Assembly: GCF_964355755.1 (NCBI RefSeq)
Contig: NC_092673.1
Location: 20,705,648-20,769,647, forward strand
Reading direction: 5' to 3'
Length of the DNA stretch: 64,000 nt
Origin: Antedon mediterranea
Lineage: Eukaryota; Animalia; Echinodermata
Below are positions 50,693 through 64,000 of this stretch, in pieces. The notes beneath the pieces are model-generated. The model saw only the letters and a list, made by a program, of their open reading frames with translations, was not told the origin of the DNA and did not search any database. How positions within the stretch are numbered: position 1 is the stretch's first letter; every line of letters starts with the position of its first letter. The position numbers and the translations under genes were made by a program.

Positions 50693-51582
50693 CAGGTCTT
50701 AATATTATATTATAATAACTATAATTCATATTGATATCTAGAAAGCCTTCAGTAACCCTACCTAAGATACAACATTGAGGCATGCGTACAACAATGCATA
50801 CCACATTAAACAATTAGTATTCGTATCTTCGTGACGAGTATCCGAAGTATTAAAAAGAGACATTACTGTTATTATAATCATCTTACTGTATATGGTTAAA
50901 TCTAATCTTTGGGCCAAGTAGAAGTCTAGAGTTATTTTCGTAAGTTCAAACAGCTGTATATCCGCTCAAGGACTTTATTAATTATAAATTAAAATATTAA
51001 GCATACACTGTTTACACCAAGCATTTCTATAATATAGATAAAATAAATAATATACTCTGTATCGCATCTAAGAGACGGATAAAGAGCTACAATCAGTAAT
51101 TTGAAAAAAAAAGATAAAATTCAATAATTAATTGTGTTTTTTCAGTAATACATTAGAACAATAATGAACAATATCAATAGACCCAATGGTGAACAATTAT
51201 TCTTTAATCAAACTTTCAAGAGGTAATTAAATAATTTAAATAATTTTCAGCTTCACAATCCGTTCTGACGTCATGGTCAGTACTGGCCGTGCAGAACACA
51301 TTACAGTACTGCGCGTGAACATAAGCTGCAGTACTGCGCGTGCAAAAATACGTGACAGTACTGCGCGTGCATAACACGTTACAATTAGTGTTTTTCAATA
51401 CTGCTGATCTTGATGTTTATTGTCGCCAAAGTTCCCGATTGAGTTTAAAATCACAAGGAACCTCTTTGATAGGCACTCCTCTTTGATAGGCACTCTGTAA
51501 ACGCTGTAAGTCGTGATCACACTTCTCCAGAGTCAGATTTGTATACCCAAGTTACACACACAATGTGTAGTACTCTGTCGTG

Positions 51583-54500
51583 TTAGTGACAGCCACAACT
51601 CGTCGCTACCATTGCGTCGAATTCCTTGAGCACGACATTATTATTATCGTCCAGGTATAAAACATGAATACTTTCAAATTTATCTGGTACACAACATGGA
51701 TTGGGTAGCGTTGAACCTTTACGCGTAAAGCCACGCGTGTGCAGAATAGCCTGCACCGTGGCGTGGTTTGTTGCGTTAAATTTGGGGTCCAATGGAAACG
51801 GGCAGTTGCCTTCACAGTAATTGGCCTTGTATCCTGCAATAAAATAAAAACTTGAATTAATAATTATGTACAGTAGACCTATTTATCGTGATACGAAATT
51901 AAAATACTAAAATGTGATATATTTAGGTCGGCCATTTCTGACTGCCCTACATTTTACGCATGGAAAATGAAATGGGTGAAACTAAATGCTTTAAACAATC
52001 TGTTTAAACCGTGACCTTTGACAAAAGTAAAGTGAATTTGATGTTAACAGTTATGTGTGCTTTGATACTTTAGAACGGTTAATTGCATGAGAAAAGGGAT
52101 CATTTTGACTTTTGTTAAAAATGAGGTAATGTTTGTGCGTTAGCCAAGTTTTTATTGTTGGATATGAGTGCAATGAATGATAGCAAATTATTTAGAAATA
52201 GAATATCCACTAAGTCCAGTTTAATTGGATAACTTTTGACGTCGAAAAGAGGGTTTGGAAATGTTAAGCAGAGATCAAAACAGTCCTTATATATTAGTTC
52301 CACTGTGGACATTTAGTTTGCATAGGAACAGCATCATCTGTTATAATGTCAAAGTTGTTAATCAGACAAACCGGTACAGTACACACGTCAAACAGCGAGA
52401 TTATTAAATCGTCAAAACTTAGACAGCCATTTTGAGTGGAGTCACACTGAGAAAAAAACAATCACTTTTCCTCAAATCAACGGCAATTAACTATTTACTG
52501 CAAGTTATTTAATTCATGTAAAAATAGTTTGAAGAAAAGTTAACTTATGAATTTTGATTGCCATATTATATTTCAGATTGTGCAATTGTTTCGATCAAAA
52601 GCTTATTTTAATTTCTTAACTGTGGAATTAATAAGTAATTATAGTGTCTGGTGATGTAGAGTCTAGCTGAGAATCACCAGGGCCTAAGAAATCAAGGTAC
52701 TGAGAAGCAAGTGCGGCGCTGTCATGAAGGCCGGAAATAACCGCATGCTACAATCACAGGTTAAAAGAACTTCCTTCAGTATACGCTTCGATATATAACT
52801 ACAGGTGCAGATGGAAGATAATTTCTCACTGACATTGGCATCTTCTACCGCCACTGTAAACAAATGTTGATGCATATTTTGTAAGTGAAAACACACAAAC
52901 ACAAAGTTGGCGCGCGCGTACAAAAGGTGTGGCATTTTCAACAACGTTTGAACGCGCGCGTGGTATTACTGCCGTTTCAAACGAAATATTTTAATCCGCT
53001 CCCCTTTTTCTATTATACCTATCAATATCAAGTGCTCTCCCATTAGTGTTTCGTTTCTCAAAATCTCTTTAAAAAACATCTCTCTTCAGAGCGTTGAAGA
53101 AACTTCAATCTCTAGTATCACTGACATCTCTACAACCACGTGGTACGCTCGGGACAGAATAAAAGCCTCATAAACATTTAAATACATATAATTATAACTC
53201 TGATTAGCAGGGCTGGATTTTTATTAGATTCTAAACTTGAAGAATAAATACACAAAACGAACGATGGGTTGATCATTTAGCTGTGCAATGTAAATAAATG
53301 TTACCTTTTACCCTATAGAACAAAAAACAAATAAGGTAACACACCGAGTTCAATTAATTCAGTTAGGTAAACATAAATTACGAGTAAATCGAAATATAGG
53401 CTCTGTTAAAGGTAAACCATAAATCAATTATAGGCCTAAAGTGAAAAAAAAGGGAAACAAAACAAAACAACTAAAGTTAACAATCGGTAAAAATTGCAAC
53501 ACGATATCTGAGATGTTCAGGCTTAAAATACGGAAGGTCTTTTCGTGCAGCGAAATGTATTAATGATTAAGTAATAAACATATACAGTTCATATTATTAT
53601 CTTGTATATTTTGTAGCGCTTTTCATATAATGAGAAATGATTATATGAGAAGATGATCGGCAAAACATAGTCGACATAAAAACCAGCGGTGGTCTGTTTC
53701 TACGTGCTTACAACTAACTTATTGCATTGACTATGAATGGTGAAACCTTCCCAATCTAACACCTGTCAACTTGTTTAACTTTTCTTGATCTTTCTTGTCC
53801 AGGGCTTAAGAGGTAGGATGGCCTCTAAGGAGAGTGGCTTCGAGCACATTTTAGGAGGCATGTTCAGGCCTAATGTACAGCGCTTAAGCTGGGTTCCCAC
53901 TAACACATCAGCCCACCGTAAGTAAATTGATTATCAGTGACGCTTGTTCAGATTAGGCCTAATTATTTCTTATAATTATTGTTAGTAATTTTTAATAATT
54001 TGTAATTTATACAGTGAAAACGTAATGTACGGAATGCGAAGAGAAATTGGTTAAACGTGCTTCTTTCCAATTTTGACGAATGTCTTGTATTATTTCGTAC
54101 AGAGGGAAAATTATTTAGTTTTATAAACTGAAAGAGCCTGACGTGAATTACTAAATCGGGTGACAATTCGAACCTTTTGGGATTCGTATGGTATTAAAAT
54201 TAACTTAGTTGTGAGTCAGATTGGCTTAAATTTATAGCCTTATTTCCATAACATCCCACTACATACCATTTGATTTGAATTTGTCTGAGATCAGCTTAGC
54301 AGATTGGAATAATACTACCGTTCATATGAACATAAATCATGCAATCCCATGGGATTTAGCAAATAAACCTTCTCTGTCATCAGTGGAAATATGAAGAACA
54401 ATCACAGAGATTTCTTTATTATCATCTCAGATTATGTGACTACTTACGGAATATAATATAGCTTATGTGATACCTGTAAGCAGGTGTGATTTGAACTCCA

Positions 54501-57500
54501 TAGATGGTATATTTTGTGAATGTACTTACAATGAAGTATACCGTAGTATGTCCAATGCATACGGTACGTCCGGTTCGGCGTCTCCTTATAATATTTTAGG
54601 GTGTATTTATTTTATGTATTTATTTTATCGTTAGGTATCGCAATTGATGGGCGTGGCATTGAAGCCATACCTTTGAATCCCTAAGGCTTCTAAACCTTGC
54701 GAGCTGCGCCATCTTGTTTAACTTTATTTACTATATGAACAATAATTGTATTCACTAAATCATATTTTGCGGAACTTTTAATGTCGATAAGTATTAAATG
54801 TATCAATTTAAACATGGTGAACAGCCTGAAGAATATAAAATACATGAAATGTCAATTATTAACTCTTTTCCTGGGTTGAACACGTTCCAGTTCAATTCAT
54901 TAGAAATCAATTACGAGTAAAATTCTAAATAATGAAGAATGAATGTATGAAGTTCACGGATGTAAAACACTTCAACCAACTTCCTTAACTATTATTAACA
55001 TTAAAATATATATGAATAAAACAATTTAAATGTGAATGAATGTTAAACTTATGTCATTTTTATAAGGTCACCAGAATAGTTTTAAAAAAATGAATCGAAA
55101 CAAAATTTTACCTGAAAAATAATCGGAAGCCCAAGAAATCGAATTAAAAGTATTTTTTTTTATTAGAAAAATACTATTTAAAGATAAGTGTGTGTAGATC
55201 CCGCCCTCAATTCTAATCATGTCAAAAAGTTCTGAAGCCTCTTTTTACAATATCCAATGATTTTATGTGACAGAATGTTAACAGTATTTAATTGCGTATG
55301 CGAAGAAGTGCCGGAATATAAAAACACTTTCTTAGAGATATTAGTAATTGGTTCAGAAAGCAGCAGGAAATTGATTTAGATCTGATTGTGGAGCTAATGA
55401 ATTTAATAAAATCATTGAATGTGGAAGGAAGATACATAGATTAGCGTTTAATCATTTGGTGCCAGAATTCAAAATTGAAAAAATATTTTGGCAATACATA
55501 TGCTTTTAATGTAGAAATATTGAATACCTATGTTTATTTAGATTTTCTGTAGCCATTTGCAATGCAATGAATGCGTATTAGCTCAAACTTTATGTGATGT
55601 GCCCATATATGACCACGATGACGTCATATCACTACCATATTTGGGTATCTCACTACCATATTTGGACACATCACAGTTTCTGTGTCAAACTAGTTTGATA
55701 ATTTAGACAGAGCTTTACATTGTATACGGTACTTTTAGCGTATCGTTAGGTCTATACCCTGATTTACCCTTTTCGATAGCGTGTCCGACAGAAATAAGTC
55801 TCACAAAAACAGTCAATAACTTGCCAAGCTTAACGGCAAATAGATTGCCTACTGTCAATAAATACATGTACCTATAAATCTAACTCACAAAACCCTTGTT
55901 TGATTTACCGTTTTTACATAAGAGACAAGGCGCATGTGTGTAAATTAAACGAAGACGATTTCACCGGCATTGTCTCAAATGACGACAATTCTGGACCCAT
56001 TGACATCACTGTCAAAGTACGGTCAAATCACATGACACCTAAACGAGGTGAAGACAGCAAAATGTCAACGATGAGAGATCGATGGGTTCTTGTGTAAACA
56101 AGCAGACTGGGTGTAAACATTGAGAGATGAGGGTATCCTCTTCAGGACAACTCTTTAGCTAAACGACAATATTATAATACATGTAGCAGAAAATAACTGT
56201 GCTACTTTGTAGTAGTACACTACTTTGTAGTAGTACAGTAGTAGACAAACAATAGGACAAAATATGGCCAACTTGAATTCGTCTATCGTGCGTCGGCACT
56301 AAAGTAATTAAAAATGTCCTGTTCGTTCTCTATTTAGTTACACCTGCTAGCAATACTAATCTACATTTAATGAAAATATTATCTCGTAAAAATGCATACA
56401 TTCAGATTTGCCGTACAACAACCAAACCGAATACCAAAGTTGCAATGAATGAAAGTATTTTGTTTGGCTACCTAGTTTTGTTGTTACTTTTAGTAGTTGT
56501 CTCTTTCATGTTGTAGCTGTAAACAATATTGACCTACAAGTGACCATGTTTCCAAACATGTTTGATGCTTTAAAGTTACCTTTATATACAACAGTAGAAT
56601 GTAGGCCGGGGAACGAAGTTCATTTACATGAAGGGTATACGTGAGGCCCATGGGGAGAAGTGGTTCGAAGTACTTTCTAACACATGAACTAATAAAGACA
56701 AGGTTTTTTTTAAAAGTGACGTCTCTTTTTAGATGCGTTACCAAAATGTCAGAAAGTGACACCTTCGTTTAATGCTATAACTACTTTCGATTTCTTTTCG
56801 ACCTGTTTATAATAAGCATACAGGCGTATTATAATCGGCCGCTATTGTCTTTAACGTGACTAACACCTCGGTCCCAGGACATTAAACAACAGGTTCTATT
56901 ACTGTTGCCTGTAGGCCCATTTGGGACTTTGAAAGAGTCCGCTACCTCAATATCAGTATATTGCCAATTAGCCTATCTACTAGGACACTATGAACATGCC
57001 GTACATAACGTGATGCGTGGTTATACTTATTTCAACAGATTCCATTATAATAACTGTAAAATATTCAGACTAAAACGGAAACCAAAGGTGTGTTCACATG
57101 GAAGTTAAATTAATATTCCATAAACCGGTCGTCTGTTAAAATACAGTACAGTAGGCCCACGGTACTGTGTAATAAAGCGATAATAAAAACATTGGTGAAC
57201 TGCGGTCTGACATTGTCAGGTAGCCAAATCAAACAGCAATTGGGCCAGGCCTGGGTCGTGCAGACGAAAACGAACCTCCGTTTTTCGTCACCTTCACACG
57301 GCCACTGGGGACATCATCTCAGGAAAATAACCCTGCTGAATTCTCTAAACCATTGAAATTGATATTGACAATATCCACAAAGTGGAAAGTTTTTTTTTTC
57401 TATAGAAAGGATAGGTTCTTGACAATGTATGTCCTCGCTCCAAATAACAATTCATAATAACCCTTTTCCGATTGATAACAAGTTTAGGTACGCAGATAAC

Positions 57501-59159
57501 TTTTAATTTGGTTATTTTGGCCTATTTACTTAAACAACTATTTATTTAAAAATTAGGTCTTTATCGGAGTCGCGTTGTAGGCCTGTTTTACAACCTATCG
57601 TACGTAGGATATAGGCCTACCTCCATTGACAATTGCAAAAGGCTGCCTACTTTCTATGAGTTTTATATGGGTAAAGTCCTATTATGTTTTGACAACTTTT
57701 TTAAGAGTTAAAACTCCCTTTGTAACATGACAACCGGTAAATATTGAATTTTAAACAGGAAAGTGATACAATATTCCAATACAAAGAAGCCATCAACACA
57801 AAACAAAATCTGACTAAATTTAAAGAAAGTAAAAACAGCTAGATGAAAGTGGAAAATACTTTACTACTACAGTAAGACCCAGGTCATCCGGATATTACAT
57901 AATTGTGCCAATATAGAAGGGATGTTTAGTGGTCTGCATCAAGCGCTACTAAACAGAGGGCTGGTATGTATCTATGATAAGTTCATTGGCATAGATTAAA
58001 ATATTTGAGAATGAAAATAGCTGTGATAGCTGTATCTATAATAAGTTTGAAATAAAGATCTGAATTATTTAAAAAGATTCTGGGCATATTAGGCTTGAAT
58101 TAGGTAGTAGTAGGCCCACCGGGTTTGTTGTTGTGAGGTCGTTGATTGTAAAGTTTGTCTAGCTTCAAGGTTGAAAGTATGACGCAGCTGGTCCCCTATG
58201 CTCGTTTTTTTTTTCGGTTGAGCCTAAAAAGAGAAGTTAATTATCACTGTCTGCCGCACCAGCAGGCATAGGCCAGACGTTCCCAGGTCTCCCTGCTCAC
58301 CAGTCGTTGGCCTAGTGTGATTTGCTTATAATTTGAGTAACCCGTCAGTCCCAATTTCCGTCTAATGACTAAGACAGGGGCGTTCATTTACCCCCTACGG
58401 TCCTCTTACACAAACGATACAGTGTTTAGTGGTGTGTGAATGGTATGTAATGTTAAAAAGTAATTGAAAAGTATTCCTCACCATTTGGGGCGATTATCCA
58501 ATTACTCCATCCCACTTTCTGAAAATCTACATAAAAGTCTAGGAGTTGGCATTTAGATTTTTTCTGGTTGGGTCTCTTTGGTTTTGAAGAAGATGCTCGT
58601 TTCCTCCGCATCAGTACAAGGTTTTCATCTTTATCTAAATGCGTTTCTTCAACATTACTGTTTGTGATTCCTGATGGTTTGATGTCTCTTATTTTTATAG
58701 ATTTATCATTTAAAAACAACGCCAGTAATGGTGTCCGTTCGCTATGATTTTCATTTGGAAGTTTTGTAAACGATATTAATTTCTTAATAGTTTTGTTATC
58801 GGTTTTTACACGGATTTCAAATACACAATTTAATTCGTCTCCATCTTGAAACGACGAATGTAATTGGCTGAAAGCTGATGTTACGTCAAAATCCAACCAA
58901 CCAATGTAGCTGATGTTCACAGTTCTTTCAGTTATCAATATTTTTCTTTTATCGGACGATGACGTTCTCTCATCGTGAACGAGATAAACTTTGATTGAAA
59001 CATCACCGTTGGTGTTGCGAAAATCAGCTGTTGCATCGGTCAGTTTATTTTGCCTAGGTCTTTGCTTGTAAAGATGTAACTCGGCAAAAACTACCGACTC
59101 CCTTTCTAAAATACCATTTACATTGAATGAGAACTCATTTCTTCCAGATGAAGATTTTC
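51583..59159 (-). CDS. ADMP: ADMP-like BMP/TGF-beta family ligand, last two coding exons (5'-partial)
   Basis: Exons 59159-58482 and 51833-51583 joined by a phase-1 GT-AG intron. Prodomain AELHLYK, GWLDFDVT, PLLALF; furin site RRKR; seven-cysteine mature domain [38 protein letters not shown]...NHATVQ...PCCVPDK...DDNNNVVLKEFDAMVATSCGCH. TGF-beta family membership is certain; the ADMP assignment rests on NHATVQ, CCVPDK and MVAxSCGCH and is less certain. Confidence 0.85.
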
Positions 59160-62100
59160 CTGTTAAGAGTAAAAAACGAAAGGTTAACACAACACATCCA
59201 TCAAACTAGTCAATCATAAAAATATAAAAGCTATCTAAATATGAGGATGGGATCTTTAGTTGATTGTAGAATGAAAGGTTAATCTATATCATTTTTAGTA
59301 GGATTAAAGATTGGTTGAATCGGCGAGACGTACCTCTGGGGAATCAAATTGGTTGGTTTCTGATTCTCTAAATCAACGGTACGCTTACATTATTAATAAT
59401 CACACGGTATATTTAGATATTCATATTATATTTAGAAATATTATTTATAATATTAATTTTCGAAGGCTTTATTAAATAATGTGTAGGCAACACCTCATTA
59501 TAGCTCTGACTTATATTTTTGTGTTGTAGGCCTATTTGTATGTCACCGGTAAATAATACAATTTGACTAAATTTTAAATCTACTAACTAATCTAAATTAA
59601 ATATCAAACAGAGTGTAACAATCTATTAATACACAAATATAAAATAATTGTTATTATTAAGGAACCCGATGGAAACTTAATTCTTTTAAGGATTCATTGG
59701 GCCGTCCCGAATTTGTGTTTATTAAAAAATATATATATATAAAGAAAACAAAAACAGAAACATTGAAATCACAAGAATGTACCGTTTTTCATAAACAATT
59801 ACAGTATATAAAGATTAATTATCAAAAATTATTTTTGTGTGTGAATTATGATAAACTAATGTGAGCTTAATAAGTTTAATTGTTCTGTAAACTCTAGTTT
59901 ATTTCAATTTAATATTGATATGTGTATACATGCTGTCAAGGAAAGTCAGATATGAATGAACGTGACAGTACGTCTAGTAACAGGATCAACACAGATATAG
60001 AAATAGGAAGCGAATTTCCTCGACGGCTAGCCCATCTCATCAACATTACATGATTTCTACTAGTGTGTAATTTTCTCAACAGAAATGTCACATAAAAATA
60101 AAAATCAGTAGGCCTACATATTCCAATATTATCATTTGCTCTACTATTTCGTACACACTATCAAACTAGTTTGACAAAAAAAGTGTTATGTAGCCAAATA
60201 TGGTGGTGATATGACATCATCATGTTCATATATGGGCACATCACATTTTTTGTCACATAAAAAGTTATATAGTGTAGACAGACATAAGCCTTCATCGTTC
60301 ACCAGGACACATCGACGTATGGAACGCCTTTTGCGCGCACGTGATAATATTGCGTCTTCTCATGGATCTCTTTTAAAGTTTGTTGTTGTTTCTTACGTGG
60401 ATTCGTCCTACGTTTCAGAGGCAAGATAAGAATTAAGAATTTAAGTGCACGAATTTCAATGGTTAAATAGGAAAAACTTATATTAAAGTTTGAAAAATAC
60501 GATACAAAATAATACACGTCATCGTGTGTCCAGGATGTTCAAACACCTGGGACCTTCTTCAGCGGCCATCATCCCTGGGTTTATCAATATTTCTCGTGTC
60601 AGAAAGAAATTCTTATCGCGTACGTCCTTAACCTTGTGGACTTCTTTATTGCCTACAAATTATTTTAGGAAGTTGTGTTCGAGCCGGGCAGCTGGCCAGT
60701 CATCCGACATAAATTTAGAGTGAGCATCCCCGCCCGACCGCATCTTGGAAATAGTGTCACAAGTAGTCACCGCCGTCACTTTGGCCTTTCTTCGTGTGCT
60801 TTGTGGCGGGCAAAAGCGTTATTTCTTCAATTGACATTATTTAACAAATTTGACACATTATGACGTGTTGGCATTTATCTTGATCTTGTATTCTAATTGA
60901 GTGTTATGATTATAATTACACGAATAACACTATGTAAACATATCGAGAACTTTTTAAGTAAACACACGGCACTAGCCTTTGGGTTGACAATACGGTGTGC
61001 GGTATTGCGGAGTACTCCTGCTGTGTTCTTGTTAGATTATAGTTAACGGCGAAATTTATCTAAACATTCCAACTAAAATTATTTTATGATGATGATGTTA
61101 TTTAATAAATGTTATCGCTTGTGAAATCTTTTGGCATCACCCTTATATTCTGTATACGTGAGATTTTATGTCATGTTTGCTAGATCCAACTCATTTTACA
61201 CGCACAAAACTTAAGCAAAAATAAGAATACTCAATCAAACCAACTATGGTTGGAGCTCTGAGAGGTCATATAAAAAATAATAGTATGATTTTCTTTATTG
61301 TTTAATTATCTATAGTGAAATTTTTCGGGAAAACTCAGAAAAATGGTTACGATTTTAACTGAAAAATAATATGTACCCTAATAATACTGTACTGTAGTAA
61401 TACGTTTTGTAGGATTTTTCCATTTGGCGTTCCATACAAAAAGGCCAGAAAAGTTACAAACGGTCTCGTCATCCACCTCTACAGCTGTTACACCTCAGCC
61501 TGGCATCGATGGAATACCAAAACCGATACAGCTCAGATTTAAACCAAAAATGTGTGTACTTTCACAGATACAAGATATCAAACAACCAAATTATTTGTAA
61601 AAAATAAATGAATTGATCAATCAATCAATTTTTGGAGAAAATAATGATAGACCTATAAATCAACAAAATAATTTATATTTTCCACTGCTTATTCAATAAT
61701 ACCAAAGAAACGAATTGTCACAATATGTTTGTAGTTTTTTTCAAATCTAAAAGGAGACCAACTTTGCCTAACAAACAGGACCGCTATCAATTAAAACGTG
61801 TATTCACATTAAATTGGCGATAAACGAAGCAATCATGTTCCATTAAAAATATAATGCGAAAAGAAATGACAAAAGTTCCTGCCGGCCACTGATCAATGTA
61901 TTAAATTACGGTAGGTATAGCAATAGGTCACCTCGCGTTCACTGGTTTAATAGAACAGGGGATTCCGTTGATTGAAAAAAGTGACGACTATTACGCGCGC
62001 GCGTACAAATGATGATGGGTATTTCGGCATTCCGTACGCGCGCGTCTAGTTGGTGTTTAAAAAAAAACTCCTTTTGAAAAAAAGTAACAAACGTATAAAC

Positions 62101-63059
62101 ATATCGTAATGGAAATCTTTATCTGGATTACGTACGACATGCTCGAACAAATTGGAGCGCGTGCTTTTTATGACATTTCCATTTCCTTTATTTATCTAAC
62201 CGATTATAGGTTACATCAAGAAAAACTGTTCCAAATGTAACCGTATAACTGTATATTTTTTGGTATCAATTGAAGGCCTAGTTATACATATATTTATCAT
62301 AAAGTAATCAAACGTTAATTACAGATTTTGAAAGCAATTCTTATTAACCGCACCATTGTAAAAACACCTACATTTCGAAAATTGTTCTTTTCTGTGGATT
62401 AGGTGAATAATGAGTAGGCCTATATATCCATGATTCACGTATTGGCGTGGTCCATTTGGTTTATTTAATTACCCGGAAAAAAATTACTTCTTTTTGTTCA
62501 AAGAGCTCAAATAAACAGAGAAACAAGTTTAAATTGAGTAACTGGGCTACGAATAAAACGCTTTGAATATAAGACTATATTCTGTAATTTAAGGTAAAAA
62601 CTATTCCATATACGGATATGGAAATTGAGTCAGAACCAACAAAAGTGTAATACGTGTTCAAATCTCAAGAGATCACGTGACTTATTGAAACACTATTTCG
62701 TGTAAAGTTTGTATTTGAAAATACTGCAGTAATACTTGAAATGGCGGTAATGTAATAACAAAAATGTTATCAATATAAATAAGTAAAACTGGTTTTGATT
62801 GAAAGATATACGCGCGCGTGCGTACGTATCCAACAAAACTAAACAAATTTGCTTTTACTTAAGTTTAAAAACGCATACTAAACAGTTGATTTGTTACTCC
62901 TAATCGGACAGAAGGATATATTGCTAACCTTAGTGAACAAAGCAATTAATTATATATGAGTTTAGCTGTCAAAAGAACAAAGTGGCAAGGTCTATTTACG
63001 TTTGTTCAAATGGTACATACCAATCCTTGCATTTTAACTATTGTATATGAAGGATCAAT

Positions 63060-63230
63060 TCCTCTATTTGCAGCATTCGTCACTAAAATTGATCGAACAC
63101 CGCAGCTGACAACAAACCGGTTTAGTGCACTCCTACAACAGCTAACAAGCGACCTTAAATTGGCAAATGCCGACATTGTGGAGGCATTCAAGACCCGCTT
63201 AGCTCGTCATTTAATTAATGGTTCCGATCA
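63060..63230 (+). mobile_element. Possible decayed LINE (CR1/L2-like) ORF2 C-terminal remnant
   Basis: Translation ADIVEAFKTRLARHL resembles the A.S...FK.RL..HL end of CR1/L2 ORF2; no RT motifs are visible. Confidence 0.3.
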
Positions 63231-64000
63231 ATTAATGCCCCTTAATTTAATGCTTATAAAACTATTAACCGTCTAAATCTACAACGATATTTGTTTGTAC
63301 ATACTGCTGCCTATTCTTATTAACGTTTCATTTCATCATTTTTATGTGTTTATTGAATTATTCAAATTTGGTAATATGACCTGATTAGGCCATTTCTGTA
63401 TAATTATGACCTCTATTTTGGCATCCTACTTTGTATACCATCGTATATCGACATCCGGGATACAAACTAAATGATCAATTTAAGAGTACTTTATTTTAGA
63501 ATGACAAATATTTGGGAAATATAGAAACTATTACCTTATTACAGAATATACGTATTGGGAAATCCTTTTAGATGTTTATTGTGATTGGTAAATAAGAATA
63601 TTTAACGGTAAATACGTATTGCCGGAAATAATTGATGGTAAAACGTTACGAATTAGTTGAGTAGGCCTAATATTATGCCTGATCTATTATATTGAAATTT
63701 GTAGTAGTAGTAGTAGTAGTAGTGTTTATCAATGAGAAGAAAAAAGGAAATTATGTTACAACTTTTTTTCAACAGGTTGCAGAAAATACATCCGTAACTT
63801 TAAGGAAAAAAAAAACAAATGAAAGCATTTGTCATTTATTTTTATATAATCTACTGGATTTAAATCTGTGACAATAGCTTAAGTAAAATTAGGTTAAGAG
63901 GTTTCGAGTTAAGTGGACAAGAAAGAAATACGAAGGAGGTTTCATAGGCCTAAAAATAATCGTGAGAAACCGCATTTAAAGAAGTTATTTCTAACTACTG

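Noticed and set aside
34700-51500. Short ORFs of 60-100 aa in the intergenic region
   Set aside because: Apart from the Penelope ORFs, none shows recognisable motifs or consistent exon structure; several overlap MITEs.
59163-64000. First coding exon (signal peptide) of the ADMP-like gene
   Set aside because: No minus-strand ATG with a hydrophobic leader and phase-1 donor was recognised; it probably lies beyond the window.

Overview
AT-rich eukaryotic (metazoan) genomic DNA with spliced genes; it is not prokaryotic. An invertebrate deuterostome such as an echinoderm is an inference from the gene and repeat content. Three minus-strand genes were reconstructed by hand: (1) a complete 7-exon secreted proteinase K/aqualysin-type S8A subtilase (3919-7936, 370 aa); (2) a complete 16-exon SRP72 (14105-34591, 650 aa) with a U12-type intron; (3) the last two coding exons of an ADMP-like BMP/TGF-beta ligand (51583-59159), whose first exon was not found in the window. 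The rest is dense with repeats: minisatellites (25, 33, 44, 19, 15, 88 and 21 bp), MITEs, SINEs and two Penelope-like retroelement fragments. The most notable non-coding signals are a tandem pair of intact minimal hammerhead ribozymes in Penelope 3' repeats, a decayed hammerhead in a protease intron, a possible 5S+tRNA chimeric Deu-type SINE, and an internal module shared by transposons of different superfamilies. All homology calls are from recognition of motifs; no database searches were run.
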